Assembly (NCBI GenBank): GCA_963762255.1
Contig: CAVXKA010000003.1
Location: forward strand, 800,001 to 864,000
Length of the DNA: 64,000 bases
Source of the DNA: Candidatus Eiseniibacteriota bacterium
GTDB lineage: Bacteria; Eisenbacteria; RBG-16-71-46; JABDJR01
Direction: 5' to 3'
Part shown: positions 37,997 to 48,072 of the stretch, piece by piece
Layout: each line of letters opens with the position of its first letter
How positions within the stretch are numbered: position 1 is the first letter of the stretch
The notes under the pieces: generated by a model
Told to the model about the DNA's origin: nothing
The model's input: only the letters and a program-made list of their open reading frames with translations
The model's database searches: none
Position numbers and translations under genes: made by a program

Positions 37997-40530
37997 GCCG
38001 CCGTCCGCTCGCGAGCTTCCGGCTCCACGACCCAGGAAGCTCCGCGCTCCTTGAAGCGCCGCTCCCGCTCCGCCGCCGCCTTGATCGCATACAGGGACGG
38101 TGTGTACTCGGGAAGGAGCGCCACGAGGCGCCCCAGCGTGCCGGCAGCGTCCCCTCGCTCCGCGTGCCGAAACAGATCGGCTAGTGCGTCGGCGTCCAGA
38201 AGTCCGCCGTCCGCGCGGGCACGAGCCATTGCAATGCCGGACACGGATGAAGAAACGGGCGCCTCGTCGCGATTCCAGAGCTGTTCGGTGAGCTTCTCTC
38301 CCGGCTTGAGACCGGTGATGGTCACGCCCAACTCATCGAGATCCATGCCGTAGACCGCGGCGACGTGGCGAGCCAGCTCGGCGATGCGAACGGGTTCTCC
38401 CATCTCCAGAATGAAGATCTCCCCCCCCGTCGCCATGCCGCCCGCCTGAAGAACGAGCTCCGAGGCCTCCCTCACCGTGATGAAGAAGCGCTCGACGTCG
38501 GGGTGCGTGATGGTGACGGGGCCGCCGCGCGCGATCTGCCGGCGCAGGATCGGCAGGATGCTTCCTTCCGATCCGAGCACGTTCCCGAAACGCACCGAGG
38601 CGAAGCGCGTGGAGCCCTCGGCGGCCGTGAAATGCAGAACTCTCTCCGCAAGAAGCTTCGTGGCGCCCATTACGCTCGTCGGATCGACCGCCTTGTCGGT
38701 GCTGATGAGAATGCACGTCTTCGCTCCCGCCGCCCGGGCCGCCTGCGCCACCCGATACGTCCCTTCCACGTTGAAACGCACGGCCTCGTCCACCGCCGTC
38801 TCCATGAAGTTCACGTGCTTGCGGGCGGCGGCATGGAACACGAAGTCGGGCTTCTCTTCGAACATGACCTCCTCGAGGCGGCGCGCGTCGAGGATGTTCC
38901 CCACCTCGGCGTGGAAGACGACCTCGGGGTGTGTCGAGCGAATCTCCTCGGCGAGATAGCAGAGCCCGTTCTCCGAGAGATCCAACGCCGCGATCCGCGC
39001 CGCGCCCGCCTCGGCGAGCGAGCGCACGATCTGGCTTCCGATCGACCCGGCGCCCCCCGTCACCAGAACCGTCTTGCCTTGGTAGACAGCGCCGAGGCGG
39101 CTGAGGTCGGTGACGATCGGCTGGCGAGTCAGTACGCCATGGCTGTCCGCGTCCGAAGCCCGGCGTGCCCGCCAATCGCGCGAGGCCCAGACCGGCGGGA
39201 CCGTCCGCACGCACAGGTTGCGGTGCTTGGCCGCGAGCAGCAGGTCCGTCCCCTGAGGGAGATCGGCCGGATCGCCGACCACGTGGATCTCCTCGATGCG
39301 ACTGAAGCAGGTGCTCTCGCTGAGCTCTCCGTAATCGGAGAAGACGGGCACGTCATGACAGAGGTTGCGCACGCTCTCGACCTCTCCCGGGCAGAACACG
39401 GCGAGCGGCCGGAGTCCGATGGTGCGGGAGCGGAGCATCTCGCGAATCAGCGGCTCCACCCGGTCGCTGGAGCCCGCCACCAGAATCGGCGTGGCGTGCT
39501 TCGGAATCTCGGCTTCGTATCGCGCGCGACGCGCGGCGCGCAGGGCCACGAGCGCGGCAAGCGCGAGCAACCCGTCGACGACGAGCACGCGGACACCGCC
39601 CGCCGCTCCCAGGGCGATCAGCGTGAACGGCGCACAGGCGAGCGCGCCGAGTCCCACTGCAAGAGCCAGTCGCCGAAGGTCGCTGAAGCCGAAGAACTTC
39701 CAGAACTGGACCGGCACCCGGAGAATGAAGAGGCTCGCGCCCTGCACGAGGAGCCACCCGGGGAGGAGCCGCAGGCCGATTTCAGGGGTACCGGGGAACG
39801 TGAGCATCCACGCACCCACTCCCGCGGCGGAGAGCGCAATCATGTCGAGGGCGAGTTTCAGGAGATCGAATCTGCCGAGGCCGAGCACATATCGAAGCTC
39901 ACGACGGATCTGGCGCCAAATTCCCAGCACCAAGACATCCCCGAGGAAGATGATGGGGATGGTTGCCGCGAGGAAGCCGAGATCCGTCCAGAGGGTCCGC
40001 CGCTCCGCGTAGGCCTCGCTGACCGCAAGCTTGTGCGGGAGGATGACCTCCAGATACTCGCGCTCGGGATCCTCGCCCGCCGCGAGTTGCGCGGCCTCGT
40101 TCGAATAGTGAAGCGTGGCGGGATCCACGAGCCCCGGCCGCCGGGTGAGGATGCGGGAGAACTTCTCCGGGAAGAGGCGCGCGTAGGCGGACACTTCGGG
40201 GCGCGACCCCACCAGGCTCATGTCGCCGCGAAGCACGTTGACGAGCTGCGGCAGCTCGTCGAGCTTGAAGCGCCGGAGGAGCCGCCCCCAGGCGGTCACG
40301 CGGGCATCGTCGGGACCGGTGACCGAGGGTCCCATGCGCGCGGCCCCGATGACCATCGTCCGGAACTTGTACAGGGTGAACGGCTTCATGTCCCGTCCCA
40401 TGCGTTCCTGGCGAAAGAGGATCGGGCCGGACTGCTTGAGCTTGACCGAGATCGCCACCAGGGCGAACACGGGCGCCAGAACGATGAGCGCAAGCGTGGA
40501 AGCGAGCATATCCAAGGAGCGCGTCATCAT
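37993..40530 (-). CDS. Fusion of a monotopic phosphoglycosyl transferase (Bac_transf) and a PglF/CapD-type UDP-sugar 4,6-dehydratase
   Basis: FRQERMG, YKFRTM and KLDELPQLVNVLRGDMSLVGSRP, then TM helices, then VTGGAGSIGS, FHAAARKHV, ISTDKAV, VRFGNVLGSEGS and KPGEKL. One uninterrupted frame. Confidence 0.88.
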   Translation of the reverse strand: MMTRSLDMLASTLALIVLAPVFALVAISVKLKQSGPILFRQERMGRDMKPFTLYKFRTMVIGAARMGPSVTGPDDARVTAWGRLLRRFKLDELPQLVNVLRGDMSLVGSRPEVSAYARLFPEKFSRILTRRPGLVDPATLHYSNEAAQLAAGEDPEREYLEVILPHKLAVSEAYAERRTLWTDLGFLAATIPIIFLGDVLVLGIWRQIRRELRYVLGLGRFDLLKLALDMIALSAAGVGAWMLTFPGTPEIGLRLLPGWLLVQGASLFILRVPVQFWKFFGFSDLRRLALAVGLGALACAPFTLIALGAAGGVRVLVVDGLLALAALVALRAARRARYEAEIPKHATPILVAGSSDRVEPLIREMLRSRTIGLRPLAVFCPGEVESVRNLCHDVPVFSDYGELSESTCFSRIEEIHVVGDPADLPQGTDLLLAAKHRNLCVRTVPPVWASRDWRARRASDADSHGVLTRQPIVTDLSRLGAVYQGKTVLVTGGAGSIGSQIVRSLAEAGAARIAALDLSENGLCYLAEEIRSTHPEVVFHAEVGNILDARRLEEVMFEEKPDFVFHAAARKHVNFMETAVDEAVRFNVEGTYRVAQAARAAGAKTCILISTDKAVDPTSVMGATKLLAERVLHFTAAEGSTRFASVRFGNVLGSEGSILPILRRQIARGGPVTITHPDVERFFITVREASELVLQAGGMATGGEIFILEMGEPVRIAELARHVAAVYGMDLDELGVTITGLKPGEKLTEQLWNRDEAPVSSSVSGIAMARARADGGLLDADALADLFRHAERGDAAGTLGRLVALLPEYTPSLYAIKAAAERERRFKERGASWVVEPEARERTAA

Positions 40531-42701
40531 GCGGCCCTCCGTAACTGCTCGGGCGCATCGGCGGCGCGAACTCCGCCGCGGAAGCGCACAAGCCCATGAA
40601 GGGTGCCCAAGCCGTAGGCCAGGTGGAGAACGGGGAACACCAGGGGAACCAGAAGAAGCTCGGCGTGGCGGGCCACGAGGCGCCTGCCCCGAAGCGCCGC
40701 CGATGCGGCAAGGAATGCATAGAGAGCACCAACGCCGAGGCAGAGCGGGACCAGAGACGGCCACAGGAAGCCGGCGGCAGGTCCGATGACGAGTCCAGCG
40801 CAGAACAGGGCGGGAACGAGATGCCGGGGCCGGAAACCGGCAGGCGTCTTGCGCAACGAGCGCACCTTCCACGAACCGTACTGGGTGTACTGCTTCCAGA
40901 GGGCCCGCCAGGATCCGCGGCACACGTAGCAGGATAGAAGCCGGGGCGACAACACGAGGGTTCCTCCGGCGGCGCGGATACGCGCGTTGAGTTCGTCGTC
41001 CTGGTTTCGGACCAACTCCTCGTCGTAGCCCCCGAGAGCCCGCAAGGTCCTTGCCCAGTAGACACCCATGTACACCGTGTCCGCGGTGCCTTCCCTCTCG
41101 GCATAGTGGAAGGTCGAGTTCCCGACCCCGAAGGGGGACGAGGTGGCGGCGGCCACCGCCCGCCCGAGCGATGACAAGCCTTCGGCGCGCATGGGCCCGC
41201 CCACGCCGGCGGCGCCGGTCCGCCTCAGAACGTCCACCGCTTCCGATACGTAGTCGGGTGCGATGCAGGTGTGGCCGTCCACGCGAACCACGATCTCTCC
41301 CCGAGCCACCTCCAGCGCGGCGTTCATGCCGGTGGGCACGATGCCGGCCGGATTGTCGACGAGCCGCACCGAAATGGGACCTCCGGTGCGACGCCGGACC
41401 CGCTCGCGGGTGTCGTCGGTGGATCTGCCGTCGGCCACGAGCAGTTCGATTCGATCGGAGGGGTAGTCCTGGGCAATGATGGAATCCAGGCAGGCGCCGA
41501 TGTGCGCCGACTCGTTTCGCGCGGGGACGATCACCGATACGAAGGGATGCCTCACTCCTCGCGCTTCCGGGTCGACCGCCATCGCGCGGATGCCGTCACG
41601 GATCTGCGCATCGCGCCAACTCGTTTCGCGGCGATACACCGGCAGAGTCCTGCGCACGATCTCATTCACGCTGGACCGCGCGTGGTAGTGATCGCTCAGG
41701 CCGCGACCGAGTCGCGCGGCCAGTTCGCGGTCGGTCAGCACACGCTCCAGCGCGTCGGCCAGCTTCTCCGGGTCCTCGGCGGGCACGAGGAGGGCGCACT
41801 CCCCATCAATCAGATGGTCCTCCATCCCCCCTACCCGGGTCGCTACGACGGGAGTCTTGTAGCGCGCGGCCAATTGAGGAACGCCGCTCTGCGATCCTGC
41901 GCGGTAGGGCAGGACGAGGACGGCGGCCCGGCCGAACAGTGCGGCCACCCGGTCGGACTCCACATAGCCGAGATCGACTCGGGCGTCGTCGAGACCTTCC
42001 TGCTCCAGGAGTTCTTGATAGGGTGCCCAGGACTTCTCGGCGCGGCCCGCGATGTGAAGCGGAAACCGGACTCCTCGACGACGCAGGATTCCGGCGGCGC
42101 GAATGAGGGTGTCCAATCCCTTCGCGGGATTTATGTAGCCGAAGAAAAGGATTTCGTCGCGGACACTGTCGGAAGACGGAGGCAGCGGAAGCTCCTCGAA
42201 GTTCCCCAGGGGCACGTCCACGACCCGCTCCGGCGACCGGCCCGCCACGCGCGCGACTTCCGCCGACATGGTGGGACCGTGCGCGAAGAGCATGTCGGCC
42301 TGCCGGAGCAGCGCGCGTGCGATCCATCGCCCGCGCCGTCCGGAGTTGTGGGGCACGGCGTTGTGAGCGGTGACGAAGACATCTCGGACCCCGGCCAGTC
42401 TCAGCACGGGGATGAGGAGAGCCAGGTGCCCCGGATGCGAGGCGCTCTGCAAGTGCCAGGTCCTGAAGCCGCGAGCGACGAGCGAATGCACGGCGCGCCA
42501 CAGGCTCACGGGGCGCGTGCGGTGACCGCGGAAGACGCGATGCACTTCGGCCACGGGCGGCCGGTCCGTCCACTCGTAGTCCTCCGCGGTGAGAAGTACG
42601 ACCTCCGCCCCAGCGCGAGTGAGCGCGCGGCAGAGGCACCACGTGTTCTGGGCCACGCCGCCGCGACCTCCCGGCTCGACCATCACGACGCGCTCAGGCA
42701 A
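40527..42701 (-). CDS. GT4 plus GT2 fusion glycosyltransferase
   Basis: GT4 half: GGVAQ, FFGYINPAKG, LPYRAGSQSGV. GT2 half: SVIVPARNE, ADGRSTDDT, RVDGH, NQDDELN, then C-terminal TMs. Confidence 0.88.
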   Translation of the reverse strand: MPERVVMVEPGGRGGVAQNTWCLCRALTRAGAEVVLLTAEDYEWTDRPPVAEVHRVFRGHRTRPVSLWRAVHSLVARGFRTWHLQSASHPGHLALLIPVLRLAGVRDVFVTAHNAVPHNSGRRGRWIARALLRQADMLFAHGPTMSAEVARVAGRSPERVVDVPLGNFEELPLPPSSDSVRDEILFFGYINPAKGLDTLIRAAGILRRRGVRFPLHIAGRAEKSWAPYQELLEQEGLDDARVDLGYVESDRVAALFGRAAVLVLPYRAGSQSGVPQLAARYKTPVVATRVGGMEDHLIDGECALLVPAEDPEKLADALERVLTDRELAARLGRGLSDHYHARSSVNEIVRRTLPVYRRETSWRDAQIRDGIRAMAVDPEARGVRHPFVSVIVPARNESAHIGACLDSIIAQDYPSDRIELLVADGRSTDDTRERVRRRTGGPISVRLVDNPAGIVPTGMNAALEVARGEIVVRVDGHTCIAPDYVSEAVDVLRRTGAAGVGGPMRAEGLSSLGRAVAAATSSPFGVGNSTFHYAEREGTADTVYMGVYWARTLRALGGYDEELVRNQDDELNARIRAAGGTLVLSPRLLSCYVCRGSWRALWKQYTQYGSWKVRSLRKTPAGFRPRHLVPALFCAGLVIGPAAGFLWPSLVPLCLGVGALYAFLAASAALRGRRLVARHAELLLVPLVFPVLHLAYGLGTLHGLVRFRGGVRAADAPEQLRRAA

Positions 42702-43818
42702 CACGCACCTCCGGGAAGGTTTCGTCGCCCACCTGTGATTCGAGCCGCATGGAGGGAGCGAACGCCTCGGGGGCAAGGGTCGCCGCGAGCTCTCGGTAGC
42801 CGACCGCGAAGGCGTCGAAGGAGAACGGCGCCCGGACGTAACCGGTCGGGTCAAAGGTGTGCCGAGTCCGGATCACCTCGTCTACGGCGCGCCGCCAATC
42901 CTCCGGCCGGTCCGCGTCCACGATCCAACCCCCGGCAAAGCGACCGGAGAGTCCCGCGAAGACGCCGGTGGCCGACGTGACGACCGGCGCGCCCGCGGCC
43001 ATGGCCTCGAGAGGAACGTAGGCGCAACCCTCGAACCGCGAAGGGAAGAAGAGAACGTCACACGAACGGTAGATCGCGGAGAGCGCTTCCGCGTCGGGAT
43101 CGACGAAGACCCGCGCCTGCGCAGGCGCCGTGCGCGGCGGAGTGGGTGAAGCCACCACGAACTGATACGTCGGGCGCGACGCGGCCAGTCGAAGCAGTCG
43201 GTCGTACCCCTTCTCGCGCGTGGGTCTCCCTGCGAAAGCGACGATCGGACGGTCCGCAGCGAGTTTCAATCTCGCTCGGGCATCGCGCCGATCCTCCGCC
43301 CCACTCGGCGGCTCGACACCGTTATGGACGACGACCGACTCGCAACCATAGTGGCGGCGCACGTCGCGCGCGACCCCCTCCGACACCGCCACTACGGCAT
43401 CGCCCCTGCGGGTGCTGTCGCGCTCCCAGCGGGAGGCCACGTGCCTCGTGTAGAGAGTTTTCGGATGCCATGGCGTCATGGCGTGCCGCGAGTAGCCCGC
43501 GTAATTGCCGTGCATCACCACAACCACCGGCACGGGGCGGCCGGGGAGAGGTTTCGGGAGCGCCATGGCGAGACTCCCGTTGGCCACGATGAGATCGAAA
43601 GGTCGCTCCAGATGGCGACGGACCGCCTCTCGGGCGAGAGCGCGCAGGAGACGCAGCTCACGCAGCCGGCCGGTGGAGAGATCCACGGAAAGGTCCTCGG
43701 CCGCGAGGCACTCGAGGCCGGGGAACACGCGGGAGAGATCGCGCGAGAACGTCTCCACGCCGCCCCTTGCACTTTCAGGCCGGGCGTAGGTGACGAGGAG
43801 AACGCGGGGATCGCTCAT
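42694..43818 (-). CDS. GT4 glycosyltransferase
   Basis: GGVE, HNGV, AGRPTREKG and FPSRFEGCAYVPLEAMAAG. Confidence 0.9.
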   Translation of the reverse strand: MSDPRVLLVTYARPESARGGVETFSRDLSRVFPGLECLAAEDLSVDLSTGRLRELRLLRALAREAVRRHLERPFDLIVANGSLAMALPKPLPGRPVPVVVVMHGNYAGYSRHAMTPWHPKTLYTRHVASRWERDSTRRGDAVVAVSEGVARDVRRHYGCESVVVHNGVEPPSGAEDRRDARARLKLAADRPIVAFAGRPTREKGYDRLLRLAASRPTYQFVVASPTPPRTAPAQARVFVDPDAEALSAIYRSCDVLFFPSRFEGCAYVPLEAMAAGAPVVTSATGVFAGLSGRFAGGWIVDADRPEDWRRAVDEVIRTRHTFDPTGYVRAPFSFDAFAVGYRELAATLAPEAFAPSMRLESQVGDETFPEVRVA

Positions 43819-44753
43819 GTCGCCATCCCCAGCTTGCGGCGTGTCTTGTCGAGGAATCGCCCCTCCCACCACGCTCGAGCCACAAGCCACCACGTCGGGC
43901 CGTTGACGGCCTCGGGGTACGCTCCAGCGAGCCAATCCCTGTGCTTCTTCAGGAAGCGATGGTTGTTGCGTAGCACGCTCCACTCATAGGCAAGACGGCT
44001 GCGTGCGCGCTGGCCACCGCGGTGGCCGGCCATGGCCTTGGGGGTGTGGTAGCAGACGGCATGCGGGCAGAAGCCCACACGGAATCCGGCGCGCGCGGCG
44101 GAGATCTGGAAGTCGGTCTCCTCGCGCCACGCGTTGCCTTCGAAGCGTGCGTCGTAGCTCACCCGCGCGAAGACCTCGCGCCGGACGAGCATGACGGCCT
44201 GGATGAGCGGGACCGCCAGGTCCTCCGCGACACGCGAGCAATCGTTGAAGAGAAGCAGCCGCGTATCCACCACGGGGCGGGCGGCCTCCGCGACCACGCG
44301 GGCCTCCGCCTCTTCGGGAGTCTCGCCCGGCCGGAGCCAGATGCGCCGGCCCGCGATCAGATCGAACTGCCCGCGTCGGGCATGGTCCAAGAGCGTGTGC
44401 ACGTACTCGTCGCCGAGAAGCACGTCGTCGTCCACCAGGAGAATCCACTCCCCCCGCGCTTGCGCCAGCCCGCGGTTGCGCGCGCGCGGACTTCCCCCGT
44501 TGCGCTCCATGCGCACCGGACGTAGTGCGGGGCGCGACGCGGCCGCGGCCTGGAGCCAGGACCACGTGCCGTCGCCGCTCCCATCGTCCACGACCACGAC
44601 CTCGCCCACTCCGGTCTGCCCGAGACAGGCGGGAAGGGTGGTCTCGAGAACCGGTCGCCGGTTGTAGGTCGGTACGACGATGGAGACGGATCCCGGCGGA
44701 AGACCGGGTGCGGCCGGAATGCGGGTTGCAGTGTCTGTCGATTCGTGGCGCAT
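43815..44753 (-). CDS. GT2 glycosyltransferase
   Basis: SIVVPTYNR, VVDDGSGDGT, ARNRG, LVDDD and REETD. Confidence 0.9.
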   Translation of the reverse strand: MRHESTDTATRIPAAPGLPPGSVSIVVPTYNRRPVLETTLPACLGQTGVGEVVVVDDGSGDGTWSWLQAAAASRPALRPVRMERNGGSPRARNRGLAQARGEWILLVDDDVLLGDEYVHTLLDHARRGQFDLIAGRRIWLRPGETPEEAEARVVAEAARPVVDTRLLLFNDCSRVAEDLAVPLIQAVMLVRREVFARVSYDARFEGNAWREETDFQISAARAGFRVGFCPHAVCYHTPKAMAGHRGGQRARSRLAYEWSVLRNNHRFLKKHRDWLAGAYPEAVNGPTWWLVARAWWEGRFLDKTRRKLGMAT

Positions 44754-46213
44754 CAAGCGGCCTTTCGCAGCGGCTCGGCGGGCAGCCGAAGCGCGACCAG
44801 ATCGGAACGATCATGGCTTCTGAGGAAGCAAAGCCCGTAGACGAGCAGCGCGCTGCCGGTGGCACCGGCTGTTCCGAGAAGCGTGCGATCCAGACCGATC
44901 TCTCGGGCCAGAAGAGCGACGAGCGCGGCGAGCGCCCCGGCTCCGAGCGCCGGGGCCATGGTGCGCCAACCTCTGGACTGGCTCACGCCGACGAATCGGA
45001 AGGACATTGCGAGCGCCAGCGTTCCACCGATCGCCATGCCCACGGTGAAGACGATCGCCACCCCCGCCACGGAACTGGGCGGATGGATGAGGAAGAAGCA
45101 CAGCGACGAGAGCTGAACGATGTTCACGAGCAGGAAGAGACCGCTCCGGCGGCGGGCAAGGAATGCGGCCCCGCTCAGTCCCCCGAGTCCCCGGAAGAAT
45201 CCGTAGACGGCGAGGATCTGGAGCAGCGGCGCCGCGGCGGCCCAGGCCGGGCCGTAGACCGCGGGAAGAAGTCGAGGTCCAACCCAACCGATGAGGCCGA
45301 CCAGCGGCACAAGGGCCCACGCCAAGAGCGCAAGAATCCGCAGGTACGCAGCGCGAACCTCGCGACCCTCGCGCTCGAGCTGGGAAAAAGCGGAGAAGGC
45401 CACGCGTCCGAGAACGCCGGTGATGATGGTGACCGGCATGTTGGCAAGACCGAAGGCGAGGAGGTACACGCCGAGGTCTTCGCTCCCCAGGAGCCGACCG
45501 ATCAGCGTGCGATCCAGGGTCAGGAACACGAAGGCAGCCAGCGCCGCCAGCGTGACCCAACGTCCGAAGCGGAACAGCGATCCCGCCACCGCGCGGTTGA
45601 ATGTCAGGCGGGGGCGAAATCCGGCGAGGCGCACGGCGAGGACGGCTCCCACTCCCAGCGAAAGCACGTGAGCCGCGACAAGTCCGAGTTCCCCTCCCCC
45701 GGCGATGGCGGCACCGACGGCCGCGAGCGCGAATGCCGCGGCGGGCCACCACTCCGTCCACGCACGGCGGCGAAAGTCCAGCCGCCGCTCGAGTAGTGTG
45801 GCGGGAACGAGAGCGATCGCGGTGAGCAGCGGGATGGGGGCGGCCACGCGCAGCACGCGCGCCAGTTCCGCTCCCCCGCCGAAGAGGGTCGCGATCCCGC
45901 GCGCGTCGATCAGCACCAGCGCAGAGAGACCAGCGGCCAGCGCCACCACGACGGTGAAGACCGTGGACGCGGCGGGCTCCTCGTCGCCGCCGTCCCGCAG
46001 CAACGCCTTTCCAAATCCAAGGTCCTGGAAGAGGCTCAACGTGGACGTGACGATCAGAGCCATGCCGACAACGCCGAAGTCACGCGGGCTGAGAAGGCGG
46101 GCCAAGACGATGCCGGCTGCGAACGTGAGGCCGCGAGCGCCGACCACCGAGCCCAGAGCCCAGAGGGAAGCCATCGCACCGTCGCGAGCGGTGATCGATG
46201 AACGCCCGCTCAT
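44753..46213 (-). CDS. wzx: Polysaccharide flippase (Wzx/PST family)
   Basis: LARLLSPRDFG, DLGFG, LERRLDFR, LDRTLIGRLLG..DLGVY and multiple TMs. Confidence 0.88.
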   Translation of the reverse strand: MSGRSSITARDGAMASLWALGSVVGARGLTFAAGIVLARLLSPRDFGVVGMALIVTSTLSLFQDLGFGKALLRDGGDEEPAASTVFTVVVALAAGLSALVLIDARGIATLFGGGAELARVLRVAAPIPLLTAIALVPATLLERRLDFRRRAWTEWWPAAAFALAAVGAAIAGGGELGLVAAHVLSLGVGAVLAVRLAGFRPRLTFNRAVAGSLFRFGRWVTLAALAAFVFLTLDRTLIGRLLGSEDLGVYLLAFGLANMPVTIITGVLGRVAFSAFSQLEREGREVRAAYLRILALLAWALVPLVGLIGWVGPRLLPAVYGPAWAAAAPLLQILAVYGFFRGLGGLSGAAFLARRRSGLFLLVNIVQLSSLCFFLIHPPSSVAGVAIVFTVGMAIGGTLALAMSFRFVGVSQSRGWRTMAPALGAGALAALVALLAREIGLDRTLLGTAGATGSALLVYGLCFLRSHDRSDLVALRLPAEPLRKAA

Positions 46214-48072
46214 GCGGCCCTGCGATCCCGGGGCGCGGCGTCGCCCCGCGCGGTGTCCAAGGCGGGAAGGCGGATCACGGTAATGCGGTGACCGCAGAGC
46301 CACGGCAGAGTGCCGAGCATCTCGGCGAGCAGCCACGACCCGGGCGCCGTCCGACGGGAAAGAATCGGGTTCAGCGTCACGATTCGACTGCTCACCGTGG
46401 CGCTCGGGTGGAAGCGTTTCGCCTCGTTCACGCCGACCGGCCGCACATCCCGGTTGTCGGGACGCGTGATCCGCATGTCGTACCACACGATGCACCCGCC
46501 GGGCCGAGTCACGCGCTCCATGTCTCTCGCCAGGTCGAGCCGGGTCGTGTCATCGAGCACGCTGCTCAGCATCGTGCATTGCAGTGTCAGGTCGAAGGTC
46601 GCATCGGCGAAGGGAAGGTGACGACCGTCGCCCGCGATGAGAGCCAGGGAAGGACAGCGCGCTCTCCCCTCGCGGAGACGGCTCATCCGCAGGTCCACGC
46701 CGTATACATTGGCGGCGCGTGCCCCGAGCGTGAGGAGCTGGAGCAGGAGACCTCCCCCGCCGCTTCCGACGTCCAGGATGCGGAGATCGGAAAGGCTCTC
46801 GATCGCCTCGTGAGCCAACGCACGCACGAGACCGCGTTCCATCTGCTGTCGTTCGAGAAGTGCCGCCGGCCGCAGCGGCTGGTAGCGGGCCCCCAGAGCC
46901 CGCCGAGCGCGGCGCTCGTACACGGAGTGAATCCGCTCGACCTCTACGAGCTGAGCGACTTCCGCAGATCCGGACTGCCGGACGGTCGGCGACGGCGCAT
47001 CCTCCTCCGACATCCGCCACGCGGGCAGATGCAGGAATCGCGCAGCAATGCGTTCCGGCGTGAATTGGGCCAGGTGGAGGCGGTGCCCGTTTGCGGCCAT
47101 TCGCATCGCCATGCGAGACGCGTCGCGAAGGCTCACAAGCGCCTCTGCGAGCGCGTCGGGGTCGGCGGGAGGCACCAGCAGTGCGTTCTCGCCGGATCGC
47201 AACCACTCCCGGGCACCCGGCGTATCGCCGGTAACGAGGCAGCGGGTCGAGGCCAAGGCGAGGTAGGCCTTCTTGGGAATCACGACGCGCGCCTTCACGC
47301 CGTCGTCGAAGATTCCGAGAACGACGTCCGCCCGATCCAGATGCTCGGTGAGCTCCCGATACGGCACGGCGGGTAGGAACCGCACGTTGTCGAGACCGTG
47401 AGACGCGACGAACGACTCGGCGGCGCTCCGCGCTTGCCCGACGCCGATCAAGGTGAAGAGCACCCTCTCCCCGCGGAGCTTGCGCGCCGCTTCCAGGATC
47501 ACGGGCACGCCGTGGAGCGGAATGTAGTGGCCCACATAGAGAACCCGCAGGGGATCCTTTGCGCCGCGGGGCCGCATGGGCGAGCACGGCACCGATTCGG
47601 CCCCCACCGGAATCACCGTCGCGAGCCGGGGAGACAGCCCGTACCTTTCGGCGAGGAGATCGCGGTGCGCGGCCGTATCCACGATGAAGTGGTCGGCGCA
47701 TCGAGCGAGGGTCGCATCGAGAAGGCGAGTTCGAAGGGCGCGAGCCGAGAATCGGGACGCGTTGTGCCGGTCCACGATCTCGCTCATGTGGAGCGAGGCG
47801 AAGTAGTCGGCCACCAGCGGCCGCTGCGCGCGCCGCACGCGCCAGCCGGCGGCCGCGGCGTCGTGCTGGGCCACCTTCGGGAGGAATACGAGATCGGCCC
47901 ATTCCAGGAGATCGTCGGAGAGCGCCATCAGGGTCCGCCCGCGGCTCCACACGCCCCCCGTGAGAGTGATCTCGCGGGACTCGACGCCGGCGCGTTCAAG
48001 TCCGAGGGACAGCACCCGATTGCGCGGGCTCGCCGTACCCCAGGATCCCAGGACGAGGAGTCGGCGGGTCAT
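46210..48072 (-). CDS. GT4 glycosyltransferase fused to a C-terminal SAM methyltransferase
   Basis: YVGHYIPLHG and ADVVLGIF…IPKK, then ILDVGSGGG, HLPFADATFD and RVTRPGG in the same frame. Confidence 0.85.
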   Translation of the reverse strand: MTRRLLVLGSWGTASPRNRVLSLGLERAGVESREITLTGGVWSRGRTLMALSDDLLEWADLVFLPKVAQHDAAAAGWRVRRAQRPLVADYFASLHMSEIVDRHNASRFSARALRTRLLDATLARCADHFIVDTAAHRDLLAERYGLSPRLATVIPVGAESVPCSPMRPRGAKDPLRVLYVGHYIPLHGVPVILEAARKLRGERVLFTLIGVGQARSAAESFVASHGLDNVRFLPAVPYRELTEHLDRADVVLGIFDDGVKARVVIPKKAYLALASTRCLVTGDTPGAREWLRSGENALLVPPADPDALAEALVSLRDASRMAMRMAANGHRLHLAQFTPERIAARFLHLPAWRMSEEDAPSPTVRQSGSAEVAQLVEVERIHSVYERRARRALGARYQPLRPAALLERQQMERGLVRALAHEAIESLSDLRILDVGSGGGGLLLQLLTLGARAANVYGVDLRMSRLREGRARCPSLALIAGDGRHLPFADATFDLTLQCTMLSSVLDDTTRLDLARDMERVTRPGGCIVWYDMRITRPDNRDVRPVGVNEAKRFHPSATVSSRIVTLNPILSRRTAPGSWLLAEMLGTLPWLCGHRITVIRLPALDTARGDAAPRDRRAA

